Origin: a virus
Lineage: Duplodnaviria; Caudoviricetes
Strand: one strand, 5' to 3'
Virus record (IMG/VR): IMGVR_UViG_3300049172_000212
Location: 1 to 60,790 of that record
Length of the DNA: 60,790 nt
The notes under the pieces are model-generated. The model ran no database searches and was not told the origin of the DNA. It worked only from the letters and a program-made list of their open reading frames with translations. Numbering within the stretch: position 1 is the stretch's first letter; every line of letters begins with the position of its first letter. The position numbers and the translations under genes are program-made. Of the stretch, positions 38,313-46,961 are shown piece after piece.

Positions 38313-39722
38313 TCAATAGAGCCCTGTTACCGTCGTCGTGGTGGTCACCGGAGGTGAGGCGATCAACGCATTGAAGGCGCGGCTCGTGCTGTCGGCGTCG
38401 TCGTCATGGCTTGCCTCAGGGAAGCTCTCCAAGGCCGTGAACCAATCCTCGTTCCATCGACCGCGGATCACGAACACATTGCCGGCCTCAGCCTGAGCAG
38501 AGAAGCCGCTGAAACGTGTGATCTTGTCTCCGCTTTCAGGTGACGATCGAACGCCATAGCCAGCCAGCATCTTCGTCAGGGTGGCTACTTGGCTCTTGCC
38601 GGCCTGTCCCGGGTCCTGTGGCAATGAAATTCCAACCTGCCTTCCATCGCCGTCTGCAGTGTTTTTGATCATCCTTTCGACACCGGCCGGCGATTGCCGA
38701 TCACGACGGTGATCGGCGACGAAATACCGGCCATCTGGCGTCTTCCCTATCAGTGTTCCGGCTGTCCAGTCCGGATCATTGCTTTCCGTCTTCGGCGTGC
38801 CGGCCAGGTCCCAGCCCCGCATCCATCGAATGTCATGCGGCGCAGCATCGACGATCTGGCACCAGGCGCGCTGGAAGTAGAGACCAGCTGCGGGCCGGAT
38901 CTTCCAGTTGCCGCCGAGAAGGCGCTCTCGCTCCACCGTCGGCAACGCCATCAGACTTGCCAGATAGCTCGGGTCCGCCGCCATTAAGGCGCGGTTGTCG
39001 CTGAGCTTCGCCGGGACGAACGTCACCGACTTCGGGGGGATCGGCTCCTCGACGCCGTCCTCATTCGGAGCGGTGTACTGCGCCAACTCCTCGGGACTAT
39101 TAGCCCAGATGATTGCATCACCGATACGGACGAACCAGCGAAGTACGCCGGCGCGCTCCGGAATCGGCAACCCCGTGTCCTGATTGATCCACCAACTGAT
39201 GAACTGAGCTACCCAGCTATCAGCATCAGGGTTGCAGGTCGCCCTAATGTAGGGCCGCACGCCCGACATAGAACGGTTACGCGAAACCATGTACCAGAAC
39301 TGCTTCGCGCTGAAGTGCGTCAGCTCATCGAAGCAAATCAGCGGGATCTGCGAGCCCTGCCAGTTAAGGACGGTCTTGTCATGCTCCAGGTGAGCAAACG
39401 AAACCGACGCCCCTGAAGGAAAGCTCCACTGCAACACATGCTCTTTCGGGCTCGCGCCGATTGCGGGATAAAGCTTTTCGCTCTCGTCCCACAGACCGCC
39501 CTCGTTCCTGACTTGCACTGTCGAGCGGCGGAAGAAGACCGCGCCGAATTGCCGGTTGGCAATGTGGCGCAGCGGCTCCATCAGGAGCGCCCAGGTCTTT
39601 CCGCCGCCTGCCGAACCACCGTAGATGGCTATATCAGCAGGTGACGAAAGGAATGTCATCTGTGGCCCGGGTTGCGGCCGGATAATTGTCTGGGCTGCCG
39701 CGCCCTTCTCAACTCCTGCCAT
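38313..39722 (-). CDS. terL: Terminase large subunit
   Basis: GGSAGGGKT Walker A, FDELTH Walker B, GWDLA and HDDDAD nuclease motifs. Confidence 0.95.
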   Translation of the reverse strand: MAGVEKGAAAQTIIRPQPGPQMTFLSSPADIAIYGGSAGGGKTWALLMEPLRHIANRQFGAVFFRRSTVQVRNEGGLWDESEKLYPAIGASPKEHVLQWSFPSGASVSFAHLEHDKTVLNWQGSQIPLICFDELTHFSAKQFWYMVSRNRSMSGVRPYIRATCNPDADSWVAQFISWWINQDTGLPIPERAGVLRWFVRIGDAIIWANSPEELAQYTAPNEDGVEEPIPPKSVTFVPAKLSDNRALMAADPSYLASLMALPTVERERLLGGNWKIRPAAGLYFQRAWCQIVDAAPHDIRWMRGWDLAGTPKTESNDPDWTAGTLIGKTPDGRYFVADHRRDRQSPAGVERMIKNTADGDGRQVGISLPQDPGQAGKSQVATLTKMLAGYGVRSSPESGDKITRFSGFSAQAEAGNVFVIRGRWNEDWFTALESFPEASHDDDADSTSRAFNALIASPPVTTTTTVTGLY

Positions 39723-40173
39723 TATCGGGCAACTGGAATATCGTCACCGGTGAAACGGGAACCGGCAAATCCTTTCCATCCTTCCCTGTAAGCTCCCGGC
39801 GATTGGTATAGCTGCCGCCGACTTCCTCAGCCGCCTGCTTCAGCAGCGAGGACGCCAGCACCATGTTGCCTTGGTTCTCGGCTTTGTCCGCCATGCGCTG
39901 GAGGGCACGCAGTCTCACCGCCCGGTGACTAATGGCGATCGACGCTGTGTCCTCAAGGAAGGTCTTGCGGGTCTCTTCGAAGATGGCTTTCCATCGATCG
40001 GCGAGGTTCTTGCCGGCCTTCTTCGTCGGGTCATATGCCTCGATCGATTGCGGCGTCAGCGTAACTGAATATTCCTTCCTGAGTGCGGCGGCTACGACGG
40101 TCGGGGAATCGAAGCAGGCGAGCGACTGCACAACAAAGGTTTGTTGCTCGCGAGTGAGTTTCGCTTTTGCCAT
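39709..40173 (-). CDS. terS: Terminase small subunit (DUF2280 type)
   Basis: SLACFDSP...YDPTK...ELTGKDG; overlaps terL. Confidence 0.85.
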   Translation of the reverse strand: MAKAKLTREQQTFVVQSLACFDSPTVVAAALRKEYSVTLTPQSIEAYDPTKKAGKNLADRWKAIFEETRKTFLEDTASIAISHRAVRLRALQRMADKAENQGNMVLASSLLKQAAEEVGGSYTNRRELTGKDGKDLPVPVSPVTIFQLPDNGRS

Positions 40174-40197
40174 CGAACTATCAGGATGCCTTCAGGT

Positions 40198-40803
40198 CTA
40201 CGCAACGCGGAGCTGACACGTCCCGCATACATGGCCGATGCTGGCCCGGGATATCTCCGGCGGCCTGTTTGCTGCATCGACCAGTGCACGAACATTGGCA
40301 GCATCAGCCCCATAGCGACGGACAACACCGATGAACTCTTCCACGTCGTGCCCACGCATTGCGAATGCTGGTCTTCCGTCTTTGCGGAACTTCGGACCGA
40401 ATGGCCCTTGCTCTTGCCCTGCATGATAAAGCTCATGCTCGACCAAGGCGCAGAACTCTGTGTCCGAGCATACAGATGCGTAATGAGCATCGAACGTCAG
40501 GAGGAAGTCCGGCACGTCTCCGAACCAAGTCTGCAATTGAAGCTCGATGCGGGAGCGCGACCATTTGCCGGCCGGTGGCAATCCCATTTCGCATTGACCG
40601 ATTACCCGGCGGCCGTGGCGACCATTCGGGACGTTAGTCCACAAGGCGCCGATCGAGGCGAAACGGAGATGAGCATGATCCTCATTCAGGAGGTCGGCTG
40701 TCTCGTCGATGAAGGTTGATCGAGCCCATTCAACCAGATCGAGCGCGGGCTCAAATCTGATGGCGGTATCCTCGATCATGTCTTCTGGTGGCATCGGCCT
40801 CAT
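40198..40803 (-). CDS. Phage putative metallopeptidase
   Basis: ALVEHELYH...HDVEEF. Confidence 0.85.
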   Translation of the reverse strand: MRPMPPEDMIEDTAIRFEPALDLVEWARSTFIDETADLLNEDHAHLRFASIGALWTNVPNGRHGRRVIGQCEMGLPPAGKWSRSRIELQLQTWFGDVPDFLLTFDAHYASVCSDTEFCALVEHELYHAGQEQGPFGPKFRKDGRPAFAMRGHDVEEFIGVVRRYGADAANVRALVDAANRPPEISRASIGHVCGTCQLRVA

Positions 40804-40982
40804 TTGAAGAATGCCCTTGTTACAAAACGTGATCGTCTCAAAGGGATCAGCGGATATCGCCAAGTATCAATCGTGTTGAACCGGGAAAAACACCACGCCA
40901 ATCCTACTTGTGGCGACAACCATTTCAGGCATATTGCGGCAGCGGGCAGCGCACTTCTTTTTTTAAAGGAAAGGTGCGCGCT

Positions 40983-41114
40983 ATGCAGACCGCGACAGAC
41001 ATTATCCGAATATCTACGCCCGTTTTCCAAGGCGAGGCGGCTGGGGCTCTCCCCATCATTACTCTGGCCGTCGTCGCGCTAGCGGTGTCGTGGATATTCA
41101 GGCCGCGATCTTGA
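40983..41114 (+). CDS. Small membrane peptide moron
   Basis: AAGGT RBS; one TM segment. Confidence 0.45.
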   Translation: MQTATDIIRISTPVFQGEAAGALPIITLAVVALAVSWIFRPRS

Positions 41115-41122
41115 TTTCACCC

Positions 41123-41152
41123 AAAAAGAAAACCCCGCCATTGCTGACGGGG
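41123..41152 (-). terminator. Intrinsic terminator
   Basis: CCCCGT..GCGGGG + T run. Confidence 0.65.
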
Positions 41153-41283
41153 CTGCGAGACGGCTTCCACGTCTCTCCGGGTATAGGGCTCAGGAAGGAA
41201 CGGCCGTGGGAACGAACCCTTCGCAACTTGCGCTGCTCTCCCGATTAGCCTTGGATTAACCGGCAGTTGGTTATCCTGACGGC

Positions 41284-41478
41284 ATGGTCAACAACATCTA
41301 CAAGTTCCGGCAGGTAAAGTGGGGTAACCCGCGGGAAAAGCTGAAGGTGCTTGTCGAGGATATCCAGCGCACCTTCTGGCTGGACAGACTGAGCCCGATG
41401 CAGTTCGGCGTTCTCGTCGCCGCCGTCATTGTCTTTGTGTTTACCGCTATTGCCGCTGCCGCATTCTATCTTCACTAA
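41284..41478 (+). CDS. Small membrane protein moron
   Basis: C-terminal TM segment. Confidence 0.55.
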   Translation: MVNNIYKFRQVKWGNPREKLKVLVEDIQRTFWLDRLSPMQFGVLVAAVIVFVFTAIAAAAFYLH

Positions 41479-41501
41479 GCGCTGCCCGATTCCTAAAATG
41501 C

Positions 41502-41527
41502 AAAACCCGCCGCGGTGAGGCGACGGG
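41502..41527 (-). terminator. Intrinsic terminator
   Basis: CCCGT...GCGGG + TTTT. Confidence 0.55.
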
Positions 41528-42170
41528 CTGAGCGGTTCTTGTTGCAAAGCTTGATGGCTTGCTTGTCACTTTTTGGTGGAGCGGCTCGATTTACCGCCGC
41601 CGCCGGTCGTCTTTGCATCATTGCCTTGGCCATGAAGGGTTCCGCCGAGGTGGCCCCCGCCACTCGTGAGCGTAACCTGTCGTTCAGCGCGTTTAATCTG
41701 GAACGCGGCATCTGTCTTTTTCATGAGAGACTTTCAGTTGGGAATGAAAAGACCGGGTGCAATCTGCACCGGCTCTCCTCATCGCCGCTTCGAAGTCCAA
41801 AGCCAGTACATCCGTGGTCAAAGGTCTGAAGCGGCGGCGGCAATTGCGAGCACCAAATGGTTCAGCGCTCATCAGCAATGCCGATAGCGACTATATGGGG
41901 AGGGACAGCCTCAGAAACAATAGCGTTGGCAGTCCTACCACGGGTCCCCACGGCTGGTGTTGGTTGCAGGCTCCGGAGTTCGGCTTACCGTTTGCTCTGC
42001 CTGCGTAAAGAGGTGGGCCGCAGGGTTCTGCCTGGTCAACAGCCGCCCTTTGGCCATGTTACCTGATACTCTCAGCCAAGCTTGTTCGCTCTGTACGCCC
42101 AGAAGGTGGCTTCATGGCATTTGATGAAATACAATGTGCCCTATGAAAGCTCGCTGGGACGGAGGTCGAC

Positions 42171-42749
42171 TTGGACGCGATCGAGGTCATGCTATGGATT
42201 GCGCTTTTCCTCGTTATTTTTGTATGGCCGGCATCAACAGTTGTAAGGCGCCAGCTTCGCCGTAAGCGAATACAGCGGCTCCTTGGGACCGGCTTCTCTT
42301 CGGAGATGTGCCTGTCGCAGGGTAAGTCTGCTATCGGAATTCACAAATCGGAACCCAAGTTTGCCATTTCCGAGGGGAAGAATGACATTGTCTGCGATGC
42401 CGACCAGTTGGTGTCTGTTGGATTGTCTCAGTCAGGGGACGGGTTGACCCACTTAATAACCGTCGAGCAAGACAATACCGTACTCCCCAGGTTCAGGATG
42501 GGGTCAGCGTTCCAATTTCGAAAGCTCGACTTTATCGGCGGCCACCTTCAGAGGTTGTGCCGCACTGTCAGCAAAGCTGAAAAAGTCGATGAACAAGCGC
42601 CAGTCGGGAAAGATGACAAACTGCTTTCCGCTGTGATGGACTTGACGGACGCGATCAAGGGCTTGGCGGCCAGCATCCGAGAGACCTCCGGAGGACACAG
42701 ACCGTTTGCCAAAGGCAGTGAAACAGAAAAGCCGCCCGGAGGCGACTGA
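42171..42749 (+). CDS. Membrane-anchored moron protein
   Basis: GGAGG RBS, TTG start, N-terminal TM. Confidence 0.7.
   Translation: MDAIEVMLWIALFLVIFVWPASTVVRRQLRRKRIQRLLGTGFSSEMCLSQGKSAIGIHKSEPKFAISEGKNDIVCDADQLVSVGLSQSGDGLTHLITVEQDNTVLPRFRMGSAFQFRKLDFIGGHLQRLCRTVSKAEKVDEQAPVGKDDKLLSAVMDLTDAIKGLAASIRETSGGHRPFAKGSETEKPPGGD
42727..42746 (-). terminator. Candidate tR'-like terminator downstream of the Q-like gene
   Basis: GTCGCC-TCCG-GGCGGC + TTTT. Confidence 0.5.
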
Positions 42750-42823
42750 TTTGGTGAGCGTCTTGCGCAAATCACCACTATGGTTTTTCTATATCTTGTT
42801 CGGGTCCTGATGGGAATACCTTT

Positions 42824-43384
42824 TCAAGCATGTCGTCTTAATTTTCCTGTGTTTTGATACCCGAAGTGAACGGCGAGTGCCGTCAGCCCCTGCTTTAGCA
42901 TTTCTATATAGGCACGCTGCAGGTTCTTGCTTTTAGTGAGCTCCGTAACTGACCTGCCCTCGCCTGCCACTTTGACCATGATGTCGTATCCGATGCCGAG
43001 AACGCTCCGGCAGTCAGCAAGGTCAATGCCCGCTTGGATCTGGCGATCCGAAAGCGCCGATCTAGGGCCGCCGCCATCGACCGGTTCCCGGCTGTAATCG
43101 AACGACCCTGCACCAGCCCCTCCGAGCGCCTCCCATATAATCCGGAACCGCTCTCCAGCCTTCACCTGTGCCGGATCAATAAGCTTGCGCTGTTCAAGTG
43201 TGACAAGTGCGCTCTCCCGAAGGTTCATCGCGCTCTGGATCCGCTTTGGGTTCCAGGTCTCGCCGTCATGCGCTGGATTGTGAAGCGGATTGTCCACCTC
43301 ATGCAAAACTGGCTTTGCTTGACGGTGACCGATGGCCGCCAGTGTCACCGTCCCAATCTTGGCTTTCCGCCCTCGCCTTGCCAT
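42824..43384 (-). CDS. Late transcription regulator (Q-like, DUF6456 type)
   Basis: Q position; QVKAGERFR...DYSREPVDGG; C-terminal HTH. Confidence 0.7.
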   Translation of the reverse strand: MARRGRKAKIGTVTLAAIGHRQAKPVLHEVDNPLHNPAHDGETWNPKRIQSAMNLRESALVTLEQRKLIDPAQVKAGERFRIIWEALGGAGAGSFDYSREPVDGGGPRSALSDRQIQAGIDLADCRSVLGIGYDIMVKVAGEGRSVTELTKSKNLQRAYIEMLKQGLTALAVHFGYQNTGKLRRHA

Positions 43385-43388
43385 TCCG

Positions 43389-43700
43389 TTACGCCCTCGC
43401 CTCTGTCCGTTCCACCTGCACACTCTTGCCTCCGCCCATGAAAAGGAGTTCCGCCTTCTCGCGGGCAGCGTTGGCAGGTTTGATCAACTCGAATGTCTCG
43501 CCGCGGATATCCCGTCCGTTCATGAAGGCGATAATGTGCTTGAGGCATTCCTCAGCCGCCTCGCCCTTGGTGCTAAACACCTTTGGCTTGTCGCCTGCAT
43601 CCATGACCGGCGATGGACGGCTGTCGCGGCAAAGGCGGATCATCGCCCAGAACCCAAAGCCACCTGGGATGCGATGTGGATAGGCGCTGTACTTGTTCAT
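43389..43700 (-). CDS. Hypothetical phage protein
   Basis: Coupled ORF in the operon. Confidence 0.65.
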   Translation of the reverse strand: MNKYSAYPHRIPGGFGFWAMIRLCRDSRPSPVMDAGDKPKVFSTKGEAAEECLKHIIAFMNGRDIRGETFELIKPANAAREKAELLFMGGGKSVQVERTEARA

Positions 43701-44260
43701 GCCCAGGTCCTCCGCGCGTAGACCATATGGATCGGGCGACCTTCTGGAACTCCATTTGCCTCGACGAAGGCCATGAACTTTTCCATCTTGGCGACGCCAT
43801 GATAGATCGTGGTGTGGTCTCTGCCGCCGAACATGCGCCCGAGCTGCGGATATGATGCCCCGAATTTGGCCCGAAGCTCAAACCAGATGAGGTGCCGGGC
43901 ATAGACGATCTTCGCATTCTTCTTGCTGGTCTGAAGGGCTTCGAAGGTGGTGCCGAGTTCATCGCACTTGGCGCTGATGAAGCCTCGCAGCTTCGAAGCC
44001 GCGGTTTCCGCCCTCTGCCATTGCCAGACCTTCACATGCGCGTCGAAGCATATCACTTCGCGCTTCCACATCGGTCCAATGCCTCGGAGGTACGATTCGG
44101 GTATCACCATTTTCCGAGGCTGAACCGGTGTCTCGACAACTGGCGCCGGCTTCGTTTTGATGACCGGAGGGGCTTTCGGATTGAAGCACCTGGCGTGCAC
44201 CTCCGCTGCGGCGGCAAGCATCTCCGCCCCTGATTTGAACTCTCTTGCTGCTACGATCAT
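43697..44260 (-). CDS. DnaA C-terminal (domain IV) HTH protein
   Basis: ARHLIWF...SYPQLGRMFGGRDHTTIYHG. Confidence 0.85.
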   Translation of the reverse strand: MIVAAREFKSGAEMLAAAAEVHARCFNPKAPPVIKTKPAPVVETPVQPRKMVIPESYLRGIGPMWKREVICFDAHVKVWQWQRAETAASKLRGFISAKCDELGTTFEALQTSKKNAKIVYARHLIWFELRAKFGASYPQLGRMFGGRDHTTIYHGVAKMEKFMAFVEANGVPEGRPIHMVYARRTWA

Positions 44261-45003
44261 CGTTTGAAGCTCCTTTCGGATCGTTCCAGTTCTTGCGCTA
44301 GGTACTCGGCTCGGCTCTGCCGTTTCTGCAGGTGTGCAAGGCCGTTTGCCTTTGGGGTAGGCTTGTCGGGAGGCTTTGCCGGCTGGTCTTTCCAACGGTC
44401 ATCGGAGAGCCACTTGACGGGCGAGCACCATTGCCGGTCGTCTTTCTTCGCGGCATAGGCTCGGGCGCCCGCCATGATCTCGTCGAAGCTGGCGCGCTTG
44501 ATGGCTTGCGAGAAAGCTTTCTCTGCCGATGGCCTGCCGGTCTTGTTCGGGTAGGCATCCCAAAATGCTTCGAACTGAAAATCGACCTCGGGCGCGCGCG
44601 CGTTTTCCGAAGGATCTGTATCTGTCTCTGTATCTGTCGTTGCAGATGCGTTCGCCTGCGTTCGTTTGCGTTCGCGCCATTCTCTCGCGCGTTCGGCGGC
44701 CCCGTCTTCCCGCTTCGGCTGGCGCTTTTCCCAGCTGGAGAATCTGCCGTCGGAGATCATGCCTTTGTCGGCCATGGCCGCGACGATTGCCTCTACCTGC
44801 TCAGGCTCGCAGCCATAGAAGTACGCTAGGCCCTCAGCGTCATAGCCCTTGATTGAGCCTCGGTCTGATGCCTGCGACGCACGGTCCATGAGGGCCCACG
44901 CGACAGCAACGGCGATACCAGGAGCCACACCGGCGCGGCGGGCTATCCCTAGCCATTTGGGATCAGTTGGGGCACCATGCCATGATCGGAACCAATCGTT
45001 CAT
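44257..45003 (-). CDS. Phage replication initiator protein
   Basis: WEKRQPKREDG; FEAFWDAYP; internal iterons. Confidence 0.8.
   Translation of the reverse strand: MNDWFRSWHGAPTDPKWLGIARRAGVAPGIAVAVAWALMDRASQASDRGSIKGYDAEGLAYFYGCEPEQVEAIVAAMADKGMISDGRFSSWEKRQPKREDGAAERAREWRERKRTQANASATTDTETDTDPSENARAPEVDFQFEAFWDAYPNKTGRPSAEKAFSQAIKRASFDEIMAGARAYAAKKDDRQWCSPVKWLSDDRWKDQPAKPPDKPTPKANGLAHLQKRQSRAEYLAQELERSERSFKR
44614..44695. repeat. Putative replication origin iterons
   Basis: TGCGTTCG at 44647, 44657 and 44667 (10-bp phase), GCGTTCG at 44688; TCTGTATCTGTC twice. Confidence 0.6.
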
Positions 45004-45488
45004 TGGATGGTCTCCAGCCAATCGGCATAGGGAATATTGCTCTTGGCGAGATTACAGGGCCCGCAGGCGACGCAGAGGTTTTCGAGTTCATGTTTGCCGC
45101 CGAGTGACCACGGTTCCTTATGGTCGACATGGAACGGGCCGGTAGTGGTTCGGCAGTAGGCGCAAACCTCCCCATCCCGCTCAAGCACAGCTTGACGCAG
45201 AGCAATCGGAACTCGCCTACACGCACCCGCACCGCAGATCTTGTCAGCCAGGCTGTATCTGCCTTGCCTGGCGTCAAAGAAACCGAGAAGCCGATCCTTA
45301 CTCTCGGTCCATTGGTTCGGCGTCATTTTCGCCCAGCGCCTCACAACCTCATGGTCGGCCGGCAGCCCACCATTCCGGCGATTTTTCATAATCAGGAGGA
45401 ACAGTGCGCCATGCTCAACCGTCGAAAGGTCGAGCGTATGGGACAGATAGAGATCGACGTAGATTGGCAGGAACGGGCTCTTGCTCAT
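45000..45488 (-). CDS. YdaU/DUF1376 domain fused to an HNH domain
   Basis: PFLPIYVDLYLSHT..LSTVEHGA; CAYC..HVDH..NLCVACGPCN. Confidence 0.8.
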   Translation of the reverse strand: MSKSPFLPIYVDLYLSHTLDLSTVEHGALFLLIMKNRRNGGLPADHEVVRRWAKMTPNQWTESKDRLLGFFDARQGRYSLADKICGAGACRRVPIALRQAVLERDGEVCAYCRTTTGPFHVDHKEPWSLGGKHELENLCVACGPCNLAKSNIPYADWLETIQ

Positions 45489-45859
45489 TTCCACACCTCG
45501 ACATCGATGTTGTAGATTGCCTTGATGATCTTCTGGACGCGCCGGAAGTCGCGGGTGATGACGCCCTTCACGTCTACGACGCGAAACCGGCCGTCTTCCC
45601 GGTGGTCTATGAAGGCGAAGTCGGCCGTATAGCGTCCGATGATCTGCCCTTCGACAATCAGGTTGAAAGCACGCTGGCGGACCAAGGCCGATATCTCGCC
45701 GGCACGATGGAGGTTCCGCAGGTCCGAATAGACCTCGCTCTCTCGCTTGGAATCGAAGGTGACGCCGTCGACGACAGTCTTCTTGGCGCCGTACTTACTC
45801 CGGCGTTTCGGCTTACCGATCTCTTCCCGGTACTGCTTGGCAGACATGCGCTCTGTCAT
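45485..45859 (-). CDS. DUF1064 PD-(D/E)XK nuclease/resolvase
   Basis: SKYGAKKTVVDGVTFDSKRE...YTADF...DVKG. Confidence 0.85.
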   Translation of the reverse strand: MTERMSAKQYREEIGKPKRRSKYGAKKTVVDGVTFDSKRESEVYSDLRNLHRAGEISALVRQRAFNLIVEGQIIGRYTADFAFIDHREDGRFRVVDVKGVITRDFRRVQKIIKAIYNIDVEVWK

Positions 45860-46047
45860 CCGGACCTCCCGGCACCGATCGCGCGCAATTCATCTCTTAT
45901 GCTGGCGTTTTCGATCCTGGCGCGATACTTGCGGTTCATGCGCTCGCTGATGAGGCGATCTGCCTCATGGGGCTTTATGGCCATTGCTTGAGCGATGAGT
46001 TCAACGTCGGGTCCGTAGAGAGTGTAGGCTTCGGAGAAGGTCATCAT
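45856..46047 (-). CDS. Small hypothetical phage protein
   Basis: Coupled ORF; GGAG RBS. Confidence 0.55.
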   Translation of the reverse strand: MMTFSEAYTLYGPDVELIAQAMAIKPHEADRLISERMNRKYRARIENASIRDELRAIGAGRSG

Positions 46048-46109
46048 TGGTGCTCCGGGCCTTTGGTCGCAAACACCGTAGGGACCTTGGTCCAACGACA
46101 ACAAATCGA

Positions 46110-46134
46110 GGAACGAGCGGGCCGGCTGAGTATT
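46110..46134 (+). promoter_or_regulatory. EcfG/RpoE2-type promoter
   Basis: GGAAC-N18-TT. Confidence 0.5.
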
Positions 46135-46166
46135 TCTTCCGCAGCGAGGATGCCAATGGTGACGAG

Positions 46167-46412
46167 ATGCGCGAAGATCTTTGGGACGAGCCTATTGAGC
46201 TGATGATCGAGAACTCGGATCACTTCCGGAGCGTCATTGGCACCCGGGATGCGATGGCTTGCCTCATGACCTCCTGGCCGACCAAAGGCGGTAAGAGTTT
46301 CACGGCGGCCCGACGAGCATGTCTCGGTGCTATCGATGGTAAGGTCGACAGCGAGGCAGCTAGGCTGGCATTCGTCCGCGCGGCGGAAGAAGCCGGGATT
46401 CTCAGAGCTTGA
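46167..46412 (+). CDS. DUF982 protein
   Basis: WDEPI...TRDAMACL..WP...ARLAFVRAAEEAG. Confidence 0.8.
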   Translation: MREDLWDEPIELMIENSDHFRSVIGTRDAMACLMTSWPTKGGKSFTAARRACLGAIDGKVDSEAARLAFVRAAEEAGILRA

Positions 46413-46424
46413 TTGAAGTCGTCT

Positions 46425-46450
46425 GGAACCTAAGCCGCGGAATCTCTGTT
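46425..46450 (+). promoter_or_regulatory. EcfG/RpoE2-type promoter
   Basis: GGAAC-N18-GTT. Confidence 0.6.
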
Positions 46451-46475
46451 GCGCTTCGTCAATTGGAGGACGCGC

Positions 46476-46724
46476 ATGTTCGATGTTGATTGGACAATGC
46501 CGGTTTCGGTCGAACTTCACGGCCCTGGCGATCACGAGATGATCTTCTGCACCCGCGATGCCGCCGACTGTCTCCTTGACGGATGGCCAGTCAATGACGG
46601 AGAGCGTTTCCATGAAGCTCTCCGGACCTTCATGCTCGTTATGGACGGTCGCGCAGAGCCGGATGACGCTAGAGACGCCTTTGTTGAGGCCGCAAAAGAA
46701 GCCGGTTTGCTCGTGATCGACTGA
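46476..46724 (+). CDS. DUF982 protein (second paralogue)
   Basis: WTMPV...TRDAADCL..WP...ARDAFVEAAKEAG. Confidence 0.8.
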   Translation: MFDVDWTMPVSVELHGPGDHEMIFCTRDAADCLLDGWPVNDGERFHEALRTFMLVMDGRAEPDDARDAFVEAAKEAGLLVID

Positions 46725-46726
46725 AA

Positions 46727-46927
46727 TCATGCCGCGGCCTCCCGCTTGGCGAGCGCCTTCAGGTACGCGCCCTTGATCTCCTCGAACCGGGCGATGTCGT
46801 ATTCCTTGGTGATGATCTCGTTTTCAGGACGGGGCCGCTTGGAGCCGTGACCGTGGTCGTCGAGCCAGGCCTTGGCACTGGCGATGCGGCGGTCAAGCCA
46901 GGCGATCATTTCAGCAGGGTCAATCAT
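46727..46927 (-). CDS. Small hypothetical phage protein
   Basis: Early-right strand ORF. Confidence 0.6.
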   Translation of the reverse strand: MIDPAEMIAWLDRRIASAKAWLDDHGHGSKRPRPENEIITKEYDIARFEEIKGAYLKALAKREAAA

Positions 46928-46961
46928 CGCCGTTTCCCTTAACGTGAGGGAAATCATACCC

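Noticed and set aside
41197-41221. GGAAC-N18-TT upstream of the 41284 gene as a sixth EcfG promoter
   Set aside because: Weak -10 element and farther from the start codon than the others; ambiguous
41574-41970. Intact tRNA or tmRNA genes
   Set aside because: CCA-type ends are present but I could not build a T-loop or cloverleaf
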